A stretch of 64,000 nucleotides of DNA, from NCBI GenBank assembly GCA_001777515.1, contig MFEF01000003.1, forward strand, positions 53,423 to 117,422, given 5' to 3'. The position numbers and the translations under genes are program-made. This document shows positions 9,375 to 18,090 of this stretch, one piece after another (the first letter of the stretch is position 1; the number at the start of each line of letters is the position of its first letter). The notes under the pieces are model-generated. The model worked only from the letters and a program-made list of their open reading frames with translations, made no database searches and was not told the DNA's origin. The stretch is from Candidatus Doudnabacteria bacterium RIFCSPHIGHO2_01_48_18 (GTDB lineage Bacteria > Patescibacteriota > Doudnabacteria > UBA920 > 2-01-FULL-46-14).

Positions 9375-10052
9375 TCATGCCACCTTCGAATCTTCAATAA
9401 TTTGTCCGTCCTTCAGGTTAATAACTCGCTGCGCGTATTTCGCGTAGTCATCCTCATGAGTAATCATGACAATAGTCTGGCCGTTTTTATGCAAATCAAG
9501 AAAGGCTTGCATCACGACATGACCGTTGGTCGAATCGAGGTTGGCCGTCGGTTCGTCAGCGAAAAGAATGGTTGGGTGATGAGCGATTGCTCTGGCGATC
9601 GAAACTCTCTGCTGTTGTCCACCGGATAACTGACTCGGCAGGTTGTGCATTCTGTCCGAGAGTCCAACCCTGGCCAGGGCACCTTCAGCCTGTTTATACG
9701 CAGCTTCTCTTGAATGTCCCTGCATTAGCATTAACAAAGCTACATTCTCGAGCGCTGTTAATTCAGGTAGAAGTGCGTAATCCTGAAAAACGTAACCAAG
9801 CATGTTAAGCCTCATGGCAGTCTTTTGCACTTGGGACAGTTCAGAAGTCTTAATACTATCCAGAAATACTTCGCCAGACGAAGGTTCGTCAAGAAGCGAG
9901 AGCTGATAAAGCAGGGTTGATTTCCCCGCGCCGGACGGACCAGTAACAGCTACGAACTCGCCGGAATCGATTTTTAGATCGATACTTCTCAAGACCTTGA
10001 CCTCGAGTTCTCCTGATCCATATGTTTTTGTAAGATTTTGCACTTCGATCAT
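9375..10052 (-). CDS. ABC transporter ATP-binding protein (MacB/LolD/FtsE-like)
   Basis: Walker A GPSGAGKST, signature LSGGQQQR, Walker B ILFADEPT. Confidence 0.9.
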   Translation of the reverse strand: MIEVQNLTKTYGSGELEVKVLRSIDLKIDSGEFVAVTGPSGAGKSTLLYQLSLLDEPSSGEVFLDSIKTSELSQVQKTAMRLNMLGYVFQDYALLPELTALENVALLMLMQGHSREAAYKQAEGALARVGLSDRMHNLPSQLSGGQQQRVSIARAIAHHPTILFADEPTANLDSTNGHVVMQAFLDLHKNGQTIVMITHEDDYAKYAQRVINLKDGQIIEDSKVA

Positions 10053-10053
10053 T

Positions 10054-11355
10054 TTATCTCCCTAATATAGAGTCAAGTGTATTTTTTCGAACAATGAGCT
10101 TGGCCGGCAGATATCCGGCAATGATAGTTACAAAAATCAAAATCGCCACTCGAATCGCTGCGCCTGCTGGCGTAACCACCAGAATACCGTCGGAAAAAGG
10201 AAAATCTATCGGGTTATTTTTAAAATACGGCTCCAAAACTCCAAAGGTCAAAAGCAGGCCAACGAGCGATCCAGATAGCCCGTAAAATATCGCCTGGATC
10301 AAATAAGAAAACTGCACTGCTGCGGGACTAATACCTACACCCTTCATGATGCCAATGAGCTTTCGTTTGGTGACTGCGTTGATGTAAATCACGATAAAGA
10401 TCGTAATCGAGGCCACAACCAACGCTATCGAGGACAATGCGTTTCCTAGTACACCCATTGTGCTCTCGATATCACGCAGGAACTGCGGGATTGCGTCAAG
10501 GCTCGTTTGTGTGCGCGCGGCGCTGGACCCCATGAACCCGTTAATATCAGCCACGAGCGCCTCCGCGTACGACGGCTCTGTCCGGATCGCGATTTCCTGA
10601 AAATGTTCTTTGTTTATGGAAAGCAGGGATTTCAAATCCGCGCCGGTGACAAAAACTCTTGTCGAGATTTCATCGACTTTGCTTTTGACAATGCCTTTTA
10701 CAATAAATTCTTTGACAATCAGCGTTCCTCCGCCTTTTGAGGTGACAGTAACGCGGACTCTGCTGCCGACGTCTACGTCAGCCAAAAGATCAAGTCCGGG
10801 AATATTTGCGTCAGCGAAAGATGAGTATTTTTTTAACAGATTTGCCCCGATTAGCATATAGCCAGATTCATCGCCATCCAGCATGCCGCCTTGCGTGACC
10901 GAAGAAGCAAAATTGGTGACCAATGCTTCTTTCTCCGGATCCAGTCCTTTTATGGCAGCCCCCATTTGGTTTGGGCGTTCATTGCTGCGCGGCAGGCTCG
11001 TAAGGGTGCCGAGTATCGTCCCGCTTGTCTGGTAACGGGGTGAAAAAGCTTTTACCTGACTGTGGCTCTCCAAGAACGAAACTAATCCCGGTGAATTTTC
11101 TATATAGTCCCTGCCTGGCGCGGAGGTTACGATGACCTCGCCTGAATGGCTTTCGCGGAATTGTTCAAATGATCCACTGATGAGGCCTAAAAGTAGCCCT
11201 GAAACTACTACCAGATTAAGGAAAGTTAAAACCATGATAAAAATGATGAGCGCTGTCGTCCATTTGCTTGAACGGCGGATCTGCCGGACAGCCAAAAACC
11301 ACCCGACTCGGAAGCCAAACACATACTCCTTCAGGAGCTTGGGCAGGGATTTCAT
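10054..11355 (-). CDS. ABC transporter permease, FtsX/MacB-like
   Basis: 433 aa with an N-terminal TM helix, a large periplasmic domain and a C-terminal FtsX 3-TM bundle. Confidence 0.85.
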   Translation of the reverse strand: MKSLPKLLKEYVFGFRVGWFLAVRQIRRSSKWTTALIIFIMVLTFLNLVVVSGLLLGLISGSFEQFRESHSGEVIVTSAPGRDYIENSPGLVSFLESHSQVKAFSPRYQTSGTILGTLTSLPRSNERPNQMGAAIKGLDPEKEALVTNFASSVTQGGMLDGDESGYMLIGANLLKKYSSFADANIPGLDLLADVDVGSRVRVTVTSKGGGTLIVKEFIVKGIVKSKVDEISTRVFVTGADLKSLLSINKEHFQEIAIRTEPSYAEALVADINGFMGSSAARTQTSLDAIPQFLRDIESTMGVLGNALSSIALVVASITIFIVIYINAVTKRKLIGIMKGVGISPAAVQFSYLIQAIFYGLSGSLVGLLLTFGVLEPYFKNNPIDFPFSDGILVVTPAGAAIRVAILIFVTIIAGYLPAKLIVRKNTLDSILGR

Positions 11356-11363
11356 GTCAATAT

Positions 11364-12938
11364 TTATTTGGTATCAGCATTAGTGAGGATCTCTCCGCCC
11401 TCCTCGAGACCGGAAAGGATTTCAGCGAGGCCGCCGTCGGACACCATGCCAACAGTTATTTCTCTATCCTCGGATGTTCGTTTAATCGGATCAGTAATAA
11501 CTGAAGCATACCTGCGACCGTCCCGGGCAAACACCGCTCTGTTCGGAATCGAGAGCGCGTTTGGCCGATGTTCAACCATTATCACCATGTTGGCGGTCAT
11601 GCCAGGTTTGATGTCTAAATTCTTTTCGATCAAAACCTTGATTTTGTAATTCACCACTCCGGAGACAATCGTGGAGGCTGGGTCGATAAACTGTACCGTT
11701 CCATTGTATATTTTTTCATGAAGAGCATCAAAATCGATCTTAACGTTCTGGCCAATCCGCAGTTTGGAGATATCAGCCTCGCTGATGTTCGATTCAAGAT
11801 AAAGATTGCCTACATCTTGCAAAGCAATCGCTGCGCCTAACGCTGCTCCCTGCTCCCCGGCATGAATATCGACTGAAGTGATTGTGCCTGACACCGGTGA
11901 TCTTATCACTGTATTTTCCAAAGCGGTCGTAGCCGATTGCACTTGGGCCTCGGCTGACAAAATAGCGGCTCTGGCTGCTTCGATCTCTGATGGACGCGCA
12001 GTTGCTTTCTTGAGGTTGAGGTCTGCGTTTTTTTGGTCAACCGCAGCTTTAGCAGACGCCACTTTGTTTTCTGCCGCACTTTTTGAAGTCCTTTGGGTCT
12101 CCAAGGCGGCAAGATAAGCATTGTAGTTAGCAACATAACTTGATGAAGTTTTGTTTGGCAACCGGATCACCCATTCGTCAATCTGCGAAAAATTTCCAGT
12201 TAAACTAAATGTGGCATACAAGCCTTTGGTGCCTATCGCGAGCGGCACGCCTCGCGTTATGATTTTTTGGTCGTTTTCCAATCCTTGAACTTGCAAATAA
12301 AATGAACTGTGTCCCGTTCCCTGGAGCTTGACGCGGTATTCCCCTTCTTCTTGCCCTGCGTATGTTCCAGTTACGGTCAATGTTGCGCTTGTGTCAAAAT
12401 GAGTAATAGCGATCGGTTCAGTATCAGTATTCAACAATTTTCTATATGCATTTTCTACAAGAACTTTTTGCTCTGTTATGGTATCTTCCAAATCAATCTC
12501 CGCGTTCTTGAGCGAAATTTGCGCTGTGCGCAGCTCAGCTTCGACAATCGCTACCTCTTCCGTACGAGCTCCTTCCAAAACTTTTTGATAGTTAGCTTTA
12601 GCCTGAGCCAGAGCTCCTTGAGCGCTTTTTAGAGCAGCCAGTTCGCTTCCCTGATCGAGCTGCGCCAAAATCTGGCCCGGTCCGACCTGGCTGCCTACCG
12701 TAACATTTACGCCTCGGACAAAGCCGCTCGATTTAAATCCCAGCTTCAAATCAACAGCGCTAACGACTTTGCCGGTGGCTAAAACTGTCTGTGTTAAGTC
12801 CCGTCTTTGGACCTTTTCCGTTACTTCCTCGGATTTTCCATTGTGGCCGCCTTGCGACGCAAAAACGCCGCCGGCAATGAGCAACAGCAGAACAGCTGAA
12901 ATAATATATCGCTTTCGCAATAATGCTTTAAATCTCAT
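11364..12938 (-). CDS. HlyD/MacA-family periplasmic adaptor. The likely start is 12938 (MRFKALL...), because the longer ORF-track start at 12977 lies inside the upstream terminator hairpin.
   Basis: Signal anchor, long coiled-coil/lipoyl-like region, and C-terminal beta-barrel motifs of membrane-fusion proteins. Confidence 0.8.
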   Translation of the reverse strand: MRFKALLRKRYIISAVLLLLIAGGVFASQGGHNGKSEEVTEKVQRRDLTQTVLATGKVVSAVDLKLGFKSSGFVRGVNVTVGSQVGPGQILAQLDQGSELAALKSAQGALAQAKANYQKVLEGARTEEVAIVEAELRTAQISLKNAEIDLEDTITEQKVLVENAYRKLLNTDTEPIAITHFDTSATLTVTGTYAGQEEGEYRVKLQGTGHSSFYLQVQGLENDQKIITRGVPLAIGTKGLYATFSLTGNFSQIDEWVIRLPNKTSSSYVANYNAYLAALETQRTSKSAAENKVASAKAAVDQKNADLNLKKATARPSEIEAARAAILSAEAQVQSATTALENTVIRSPVSGTITSVDIHAGEQGAALGAAIALQDVGNLYLESNISEADISKLRIGQNVKIDFDALHEKIYNGTVQFIDPASTIVSGVVNYKIKVLIEKNLDIKPGMTANMVIMVEHRPNALSIPNRAVFARDGRRYASVITDPIKRTSEDREITVGMVSDGGLAEILSGLEEGGEILTNADTK

Positions 12939-12953
12939 AGGACAGTAATAATA

Positions 12954-12990
12954 ACAAAAAAACCGCCTTTTTATCAAGGCAGGCGGTTTT
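12954..12990 (-). terminator. Intrinsic terminator after gene 12992-14044 (AACCGCCT...AGGCGGTT stem, T-run on the minus strand)
   Basis: 8-bp stem with a 12-nt loop; the A-run at 12954-12960 is a T-run on the minus strand. Confidence 0.45.
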
Positions 12991-12991
12991 G

Positions 12992-14044
12992 CTACTGATA
13001 CTGTATATAAACTGGAATAGGAACGAGCTTTAGCAGGTCAGCCGGCAAAAGCAAGGTGCTTCCCGGCCTGCGGAGATCGTTTTTATAAAATAGCTTGAAA
13101 CCCGTAAACTGCACCGGCTCTTTGGAAATAAACTGCTTGTAAGTGTTGATTTTGTTTGGCTGGCCGCCAAAGCCGTCCATATTTATGACAATCTGCGCCT
13201 CAGGTAAAGGATTAACATTTCGGTAATTGGTCAGCATCTTTTGCGTAAAACGGTGAACTACAATGATTTTTGGGGGTAAATTATTTTTTCTCACTATTTC
13301 AGCAAGGTAGTTCGCAGCAAAATTGATATCAGTCGCGTCCAAGGATCCGATCGCTGTGCCAGGCGCAGCTCCGTTTTTCATGGCAAATTCAGGATCAACG
13401 CCTAAATGCACATGGGGAAGCTTTAAGTATTTTTCTAACCGAGGTAACTCAATCTGTAAATTACTAAGCCCGGCTTGAATATCCAAAAATACGATACCCT
13501 GAATTTTCTCCGCCATCTTGAGCACCTTATCTATTTCTTTGTCTGGCATTCGTGCGCGGTATTTGCCGTCGGCTCTGGGACCAGCTTGCGCCACCACGGC
13601 AATATAATGAAGCGCGGGAACAACAGGCGTGGCCGGGTCTGCGGTCTCCCATTTTTTTGCTTCTGCCTGCAGCATGTCAAGCATTTGATGCTCAGGGTAT
13701 TCACCGAGTACCCCCATGCCTTTCGAGTAAAGATTGCCATAATACGCGACGATACGGTTGAAAGGAAGTATTGCTCCCGCCTTGGGATAAACCGTTTTCA
13801 CGGGCCAGAGTGCGGGCGGCGTAGATGACGGACTTCCCGCGATTTCGTATAGCTTTTTGTCATAAGCATCAAAATCAAGTTTTGGATGTTGGTCTGCCGA
13901 CGTCTCCGGCACTGCCACAGTTGGGGCAATTTTTATCGAACGAAAATAGAGGCTAGCCAAAAATAACGCCATCAAAAAAAACAACAGCGCCAAAACTCCG
14001 CTTTTCGCCACGTATCTTGGTTGAATTTTTAAATTGTGTTTCAT
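12992..14044 (-). CDS. Hypothetical membrane-anchored extracytoplasmic protein (possible TIM-barrel hydrolase-like)
   Basis: 350 aa with an N-terminal TM helix and alternating beta/alpha patterns (IVFLDIQ, HLGVDPEF, IIVVHRF). No confident family assignment. Confidence 0.45.
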   Translation of the reverse strand: MKHNLKIQPRYVAKSGVLALLFFLMALFLASLYFRSIKIAPTVAVPETSADQHPKLDFDAYDKKLYEIAGSPSSTPPALWPVKTVYPKAGAILPFNRIVAYYGNLYSKGMGVLGEYPEHQMLDMLQAEAKKWETADPATPVVPALHYIAVVAQAGPRADGKYRARMPDKEIDKVLKMAEKIQGIVFLDIQAGLSNLQIELPRLEKYLKLPHVHLGVDPEFAMKNGAAPGTAIGSLDATDINFAANYLAEIVRKNNLPPKIIVVHRFTQKMLTNYRNVNPLPEAQIVINMDGFGGQPNKINTYKQFISKEPVQFTGFKLFYKNDLRRPGSTLLLPADLLKLVPIPVYIQYQ

Positions 14045-14334
14045 TGCGTTTTATTGCAACTCCACTATAACCTCTTTTCACAAAAACAACTAAAATTTGC
14101 CAGTCCCCACGATCTTGATTTCCTTGCCCAAAATCAGAGCTTCGGAAACCTTTTTGTATGCTGAGGTGAGGATCGGTTGAAAAGTACTTGCGGCCGCGGT
14201 TTGATCGAGATTTTTCAAATTTTTTAAGCGCAAAGCCTCGGCTTCTTCAGCCGTAATCTCGACACAGCGCCGAGGAAACCGAGGCCATAGAGGCCGCTGG
14301 AAGCACCGTGTGATTTCATAATTTAATTAATTTA

Positions 14335-14541
14335 TTACGAGCTCTTGTATTCCAAAACATCGCCAGGCTGACAATCTAAAGCTTTGCAAATCGCTTCCAG
14401 GGTTGAAAGCCTTATCGCTTTGGCTTTGCCATTTTTCAATATGGAAATATTTGCCATTGTGATGCCAACCTTTTCCGCAAGGTCAGTGACACTCATTTTC
14501 CTTTTGGCCAGCATCACATCAATGTTGATTACTATCGGCAT
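14335..14541 (-). CDS. XRE-family HTH transcriptional regulator (YozG-like)
   Basis: 68 aa with the HTH motif MSVTDLAEKVGITMANISILKNG. Confidence 0.8.
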   Translation of the reverse strand: MPIVINIDVMLAKRKMSVTDLAEKVGITMANISILKNGKAKAIRLSTLEAICKALDCQPGDVLEYKSS

Positions 14542-14551
14542 ATTATTCTGT

Positions 14552-15043
14552 TTAGACCGTTAAATCGTTTTCAGATTTTATATCTACGGCGCTTTGTAAA
14601 AGTTTTTCAAAAACAGCTGCCGCGGTGGCAATTACGACAGAAATAAAAGTAGCTACAAGAGCCACGGCAATAAAACCAGCCGGATCATCATCTGTAACTG
14701 ATTTAACTGAAAATGATAGCCTTATATATATTGCTGCCATCACAATTAGGATGCTCAGTGCGATTGCGCAATATTTAATAGTCCTTAAAGCTTTCACAGA
14801 ATTCAGCGAGAATACTTTATTTTGCCCGATGTATCCGAGTAATTTGAACGCTTGATATAGCGCAACAAAAAATGGGATAGATGCCAGGTACCCATACACG
14901 ATGAACGGATCAGAGTAAATACTGAACAGGTCTAAATTTACGGCTCTCCCCTCGGTCAGGGGAAACCGAATCATGACCGCAAGTGTCACGATTCCGATCA
15001 GTACAATTACAACCTTTAGAAAAATTGTTGAACCCCGTTTCAT
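14552..15043 (-). CDS. DUF2975-like 4-TM membrane protein (partner of YozG-type regulators)
   Basis: 163 aa with four TM helices. Its position directly upstream of the XRE gene mirrors the yozG-yoaS arrangement. Confidence 0.5.
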   Translation of the reverse strand: MKRGSTIFLKVVIVLIGIVTLAVMIRFPLTEGRAVNLDLFSIYSDPFIVYGYLASIPFFVALYQAFKLLGYIGQNKVFSLNSVKALRTIKYCAIALSILIVMAAIYIRLSFSVKSVTDDDPAGFIAVALVATFISVVIATAAAVFEKLLQSAVDIKSENDLTV

Positions 15044-15157
15044 AATAGAAGCTTAATGATTATGGACAACACAATATTAAACCACTATTTATCGTTTGTC
15101 AATATATTGTTATCGTTATTTAATATTTTTCCACAAGGTATTTATATAGCGCTTTCG

Positions 15158-15184
15158 CAAAATTTAAACCGCCTTTCGGCGGCT
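15158..15184 (-). terminator. Intrinsic terminator after the small gene 15213-15452 (CCGCC-GAAA-GGCGG plus T-run on the minus strand)
   Basis: GNRA-looped 5-bp GC hairpin followed by TTTAAATTTT on the minus strand. Confidence 0.4.
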
Positions 15185-15212
15185 AGTTGAATACAATACT
15201 CTTGATACTAAC

Positions 15213-15452
15213 CTAAAAATCGAGTTTTATCCCAACCTTTTGAGCAATTTTCTGAAGTGCTTCTTCGTGACGTTTTAGTGCATGTCTCATGGCAGACATT
15301 TCTTGAAAATAAGTATCGGCTTTCTTAGCGTAGGCATCAACCGAAGACTGCAAATTTGAAAACATCTGTTCAATCCGCGCGAAATCTTCTTTGGTAGTAA
15401 AAACTTCTCGTTCAGCTTCTATTAATTTTTGAATATCTTCAGTGGTCAACAT
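15213..15452 (-). CDS. Small coiled-coil protein, paralog family member P1 (79 aa)
   Basis: Homologous to 16670-16879 (ML-T-EDI-KL ... FS-LQ--VDAYA) and more distantly to 17184-17417. Confidence 0.55.
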   Translation of the reverse strand: MLTTEDIQKLIEAEREVFTTKEDFARIEQMFSNLQSSVDAYAKKADTYFQEMSAMRHALKRHEEALQKIAQKVGIKLDF

Positions 15453-15586
15453 AGTATCTCCATTATAAATCTTGGTTTGAAAGTGTCAATTATACCCAAT
15501 TCTAATAACACTTTCTAAGGGCGATTTTCTAATTCAATGCCCCGGGTGAACAATTTAGCCGCAACTATAAACGGCGATTGAGCCAT

Positions 15587-15628
15587 TTCACCCACTGTAC
15601 AATTCTACCGAATTGTACAGTGGGTGAA
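15587..15628. other. Perfect 19-bp-stem hairpin (TTCACCCACTGTACAATTC-TACC-GAATTGTACAGTGGGTGAA)
   Basis: Exact inverted repeat with a 4-nt loop, intergenic, not followed by a T-run. Confidence 0.5.
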
Positions 15629-15727
15629 ACTCATGCTTCGCTAATGTCCTTTGATTAGGGTCGCATAATTCGCAGTATTGGCACTGAGGAAGCGATAATA
15701 ATTTATATCTCGATTTTTGAAAAGAAA

Positions 15728-15833
15728 TAAATCCAGCACCTTCCTGTCGGGGTATTGCACCCCGCAGGAAGGCTATATTGAGCCATTCATCCCCGCAGCA
15801 AGCTGCGGGGTATTCTGGAAGGTGCTGGATAAA
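15728..15833 (+). mobile_element. MITE-like element (copy 3)
   Basis: 100% identical 98-bp core flanked by TAAA. Confidence 0.7.
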
Positions 15834-16013
15834 TTCCAACCAATAGAAACACAACGGTTGTGGAACAAGATCTTTGAATTTCCGCGTCAGATTTTTAACT
15901 TCTATAATGTTCGTTTTGTTTCTCAATTATTTTTGTAATTCTGGCATTGTGCGAAGTGTAACAAAGCCGCTCGTTAGGCGAAAGCTCAGAGTCTTCGACC
16001 TTTCGGCGGCTAG

Positions 16014-16316
16014 TTATTTATTCTTCCGAGCGAGTAGGGCAAAGTGATTGAAGTACTTTTGCAATCCTTCGGGAAAACCCTTACAACTTATTTCTCGCAA
16101 ACGCAGCAATTCACGTTTCCGCCCCAAATCCCAACGTTCATCATTGATCGTGAGGTCGAGTAGTTCTAAAAATCTGGAGAGTGCCCCCTGAAACCTCGCT
16201 TCATCCTGGCGCCTTCTACTGCTCAAAATGCGACTGTATTCACTACCAACGTTTCCCAGCTGATCGGCAATGGACATTTGCTGCCACCTGCCAGTGGCAA
16301 GTTTTGAGTGCATCAT
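16014..16316 (-). CDS. Hypothetical basic (Arg-rich) all-alpha protein. Downstream member of an overlapping two-gene module.
   Basis: 100 aa. Its start overlaps the stop of 16313-16660 by 4 bp. Confidence 0.5.
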   Translation of the reverse strand: MMHSKLATGRWQQMSIADQLGNVGSEYSRILSSRRRQDEARFQGALSRFLELLDLTINDERWDLGRKRELLRLREISCKGFPEGLQKYFNHFALLARKNK

Positions 16317-16660
16317 TTGACAAGAGAGTTAACTATTTCTTTGAGTTTTTTCTGAATGTCAGGATCTTCTACTGTATTGGAAAGATTGCCATGCGCTGGC
16401 CGCAGATTAATCATTGAGTCAAACTCAATCCATGAATCGCGCGGCTCATTGACATAAATGTTTATGCCCCACAGATTTTCCTGCTTACTGCCGTCGTGAA
16501 GCAGCACTGCTTCCTCGTCAGCATGCAGCTCTCCCGCGAGCGCCATTATTTTGCGCTCAATATCAACGACAGCTTTGACCATATCGCCGAAGCCCTCTTT
16601 GGCCGATTCTTTTAGCCTATCAATCGATACTGAATCTGTGATTATTTCAATCTTATCCAT
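16313..16660 (-). CDS. Hypothetical acidic protein (115 aa). Upstream member of the two-gene module.
   Basis: Good coding periodicity; ATGA overlap with the downstream gene. Confidence 0.5.
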   Translation of the reverse strand: MDKIEIITDSVSIDRLKESAKEGFGDMVKAVVDIERKIMALAGELHADEEAVLLHDGSKQENLWGINIYVNEPRDSWIEFDSMINLRPAHGNLSNTVEDPDIQKKLKEIVNSLVK

Positions 16661-16669
16661 CTAGCTAAT

Positions 16670-16879
16670 TTAATTCGTATGGGTCGCATTGTGCGGGATG
16701 TTGAAACTATTTTTACGAATAGGTCTTGCATACGCGTCTACGGCCGCCTGCAAATCCGAAAACGACTCGTGCATCGCATCGAATTTTGTATCAAGCTCCA
16801 CTCGGGTTGCAAATACTTCTGTTAGTTTTTTTATATCTTCGTCTGTGAGCATGGATTCATTAAAACCTACCTTAAACAA
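16670..16879 (-). CDS. Small protein, paralog family member P2 (69 aa, C-terminally divergent/truncated)
   Basis: The N-terminal 45 aa align with P1. It starts 31 bp downstream of the tRNA-His 3' end. Confidence 0.45.
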   Translation of the reverse strand: MFKVGFNESMLTDEDIKKLTEVFATRVELDTKFDAMHESFSDLQAAVDAYARPIRKNSFNIPHNATHTN

Positions 16880-16909
16880 ATACAGTCAATGTAGCCTCAA
16901 ACCCATTTT

Positions 16910-16986
16910 TGGGGTGGGTGACGGGTTTTGAACCCGCTGCCTCCGCTGCCACAGAGCGGCGCTCTACCGATTGAGCTACACCCACC
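16910..16986 (-). tRNA. tRNA-His (GTG), with G-1 and encoded CCA
   Basis: Manual fold: 8-bp acceptor stem including G-1:C73, D-arm GCTC/GAGC, anticodon loop CTGTGGC, T-loop TTCAAAA. Confidence 0.9.
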
Positions 16987-17183
16987 ATATTAGAAATAAA
17001 AAACTCTTACACAGCTATTGTAAGAGGATGCGGCACCTGCTGTGTCAGGTAAGGTTCATTGTAAACCTAAAGTAATTCTAGCTCTTTTTCGCGGAAATGT
17101 CAACCTCGCCATTTGTTAACATAAGCCAAAAAATAAAAAATGGCTTGCTTTAGCCATTGTAAAAACGCTTGTTTATTGGGCTT

Positions 17184-17417
17184 TTAAGGCTGCTTAACTT
17201 TCGCTATTCCCGTGTGCTTTTCCAAAACTGCAACACGCTTTTCTAGTGCCTGCATTTCAAAGCGATAAGCAGCTTGATCCAAGCGGAGTTTAATATCTTC
17301 CTGGCCTGTTTCGAGCTTATCAAGCCGTTCGTCTACCTCATTAAATCTTTCATCAATACCATCAAAGCCTTTTTTCATCATCACGGCCAAATCTTCATTT
17401 GTAATTTTCTTTTCCAT
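17184..17417 (-). CDS. Small coiled-coil protein, paralog family member P3 (77 aa)
   Basis: Shares the N-terminal EDL/EDI motif; charged coiled coil. It lies ~210 bp downstream of tRNA-Arg. Confidence 0.5.
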   Translation of the reverse strand: MEKKITNEDLAVMMKKGFDGIDERFNEVDERLDKLETGQEDIKLRLDQAAYRFEMQALEKRVAVLEKHTGIAKVKQP

Positions 17418-17627
17418 ATTCTCAAGTTAATCTAAATGTTTTGAAATGTCAATTATCTTTCAAGCTGTTTGCAATTGAAAAGCCTAATCTGCTTCCACAT
17501 AGGATATCTCGAATAGTGCTTCACGTAAAACATCTGTTTGTTTTTAATGCTGTCCTGCTTCGCTAAAGCTTCGCAGGACACTTCTCCGCGTACCGTGCAC
17601 TTCGTAGCTCCATAAGGAGCGGAGAAG

Positions 17628-17702
17628 TGGTATCCCCGGTAGGAATCGAACCTACATATCCGGCTTAGAAGGCCAGTGTTCTATCCATTGAACTACGGGG
17701 AC
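17628..17702 (-). tRNA. tRNA-Arg (TCT), CCA encoded
   Basis: Manual fold: acceptor GTCCCCG/CGGGGAT, anticodon loop CTTCTAA, T-loop TTCGATT. Confidence 0.9.
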
Positions 17703-17916
17703 CTATATCAAATCTATAACACTTTACCATTTTTCACAAAGAATTTCAAGCGTTTGCAATCTTCAATTGGTACTGTTCTACAAAAAGCGGGCATTTCCAA
17801 AAAACAAAAAATTATGTTCCTAATAATTGTTCATTTGCCTATCAGCGGAAACAAAACCGCTGAGCATACTAGTAAAGCATTATTCATACTTAATCATCGG
17901 GGGAGGTGAAAAAATT

Positions 17917-17976
17917 ATGGAAAGAGAAGGTCAAAAAGGCCAGGGCCAGCAAGGCGGCCAGAGCGACAATCAGTAA
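17917..17976 (+). CDS. sORF, 19 aa Gly/Gln-rich peptide (MEREGQKGQGQQGGQSDNQ)
   Basis: Strong RBS GGGGGAGGTG 6-8 nt upstream; terminator hairpin 45 nt downstream. Confidence 0.25.
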   Translation: MEREGQKGQGQQGGQSDNQ

Positions 17977-18020
17977 TCTCGAATTTCAAACCTAGAGTTT
18001 GGGAACGGAAGAGTTCAAAT

Positions 18021-18056
18021 CAAAACCCCTAGGGGACACCCCAGGGGTTTTGATTT
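18021..18056. terminator. Intrinsic terminator (AAAACCCCT...AGGGGTTTT stem plus TTTTGATTT)
   Basis: A 9-bp outer stem with a nested GGGG/CCCC hairpin, flanked by an A-run and a T-run (bidirectional). Confidence 0.55.
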
Positions 18057-18090
18057 GGCGCAATAGCACAAATCCTTGTATAATTGCTGC

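Noticed and set aside
14100-14334. Minus-strand frame encoding ...ITAEEAEALRLKNLKNLDQTAAASTFQPILTSAYKKVSEALILGKEIKIVGTGKF* (vaguely HU/RHH-like), with an ATG only in a different frame (MKSHGASSGLYGLGFLGAVSRLRLKKPRLCA*)
   Set aside because: There is no in-frame start codon and the similarity is weak. It could be a frameshifted pseudogene remnant, but the evidence is too thin to annotate.
15999-16015. 17-mer CCTTTCGGCGGCTAGTT shared with 15172-15188
   Set aside because: Noted as a sign of local duplication of a terminator-containing 3' flank. Only the 15158-15184 copy retains a foldable hairpin plus T-run, so the second copy is not annotated as a terminator.
17676-17909. 77-aa plus-strand ORF starting inside the tRNA-Arg gene
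   Set aside because: It overlaps the tRNA, is AT-rich and low-complexity, and has no RBS.
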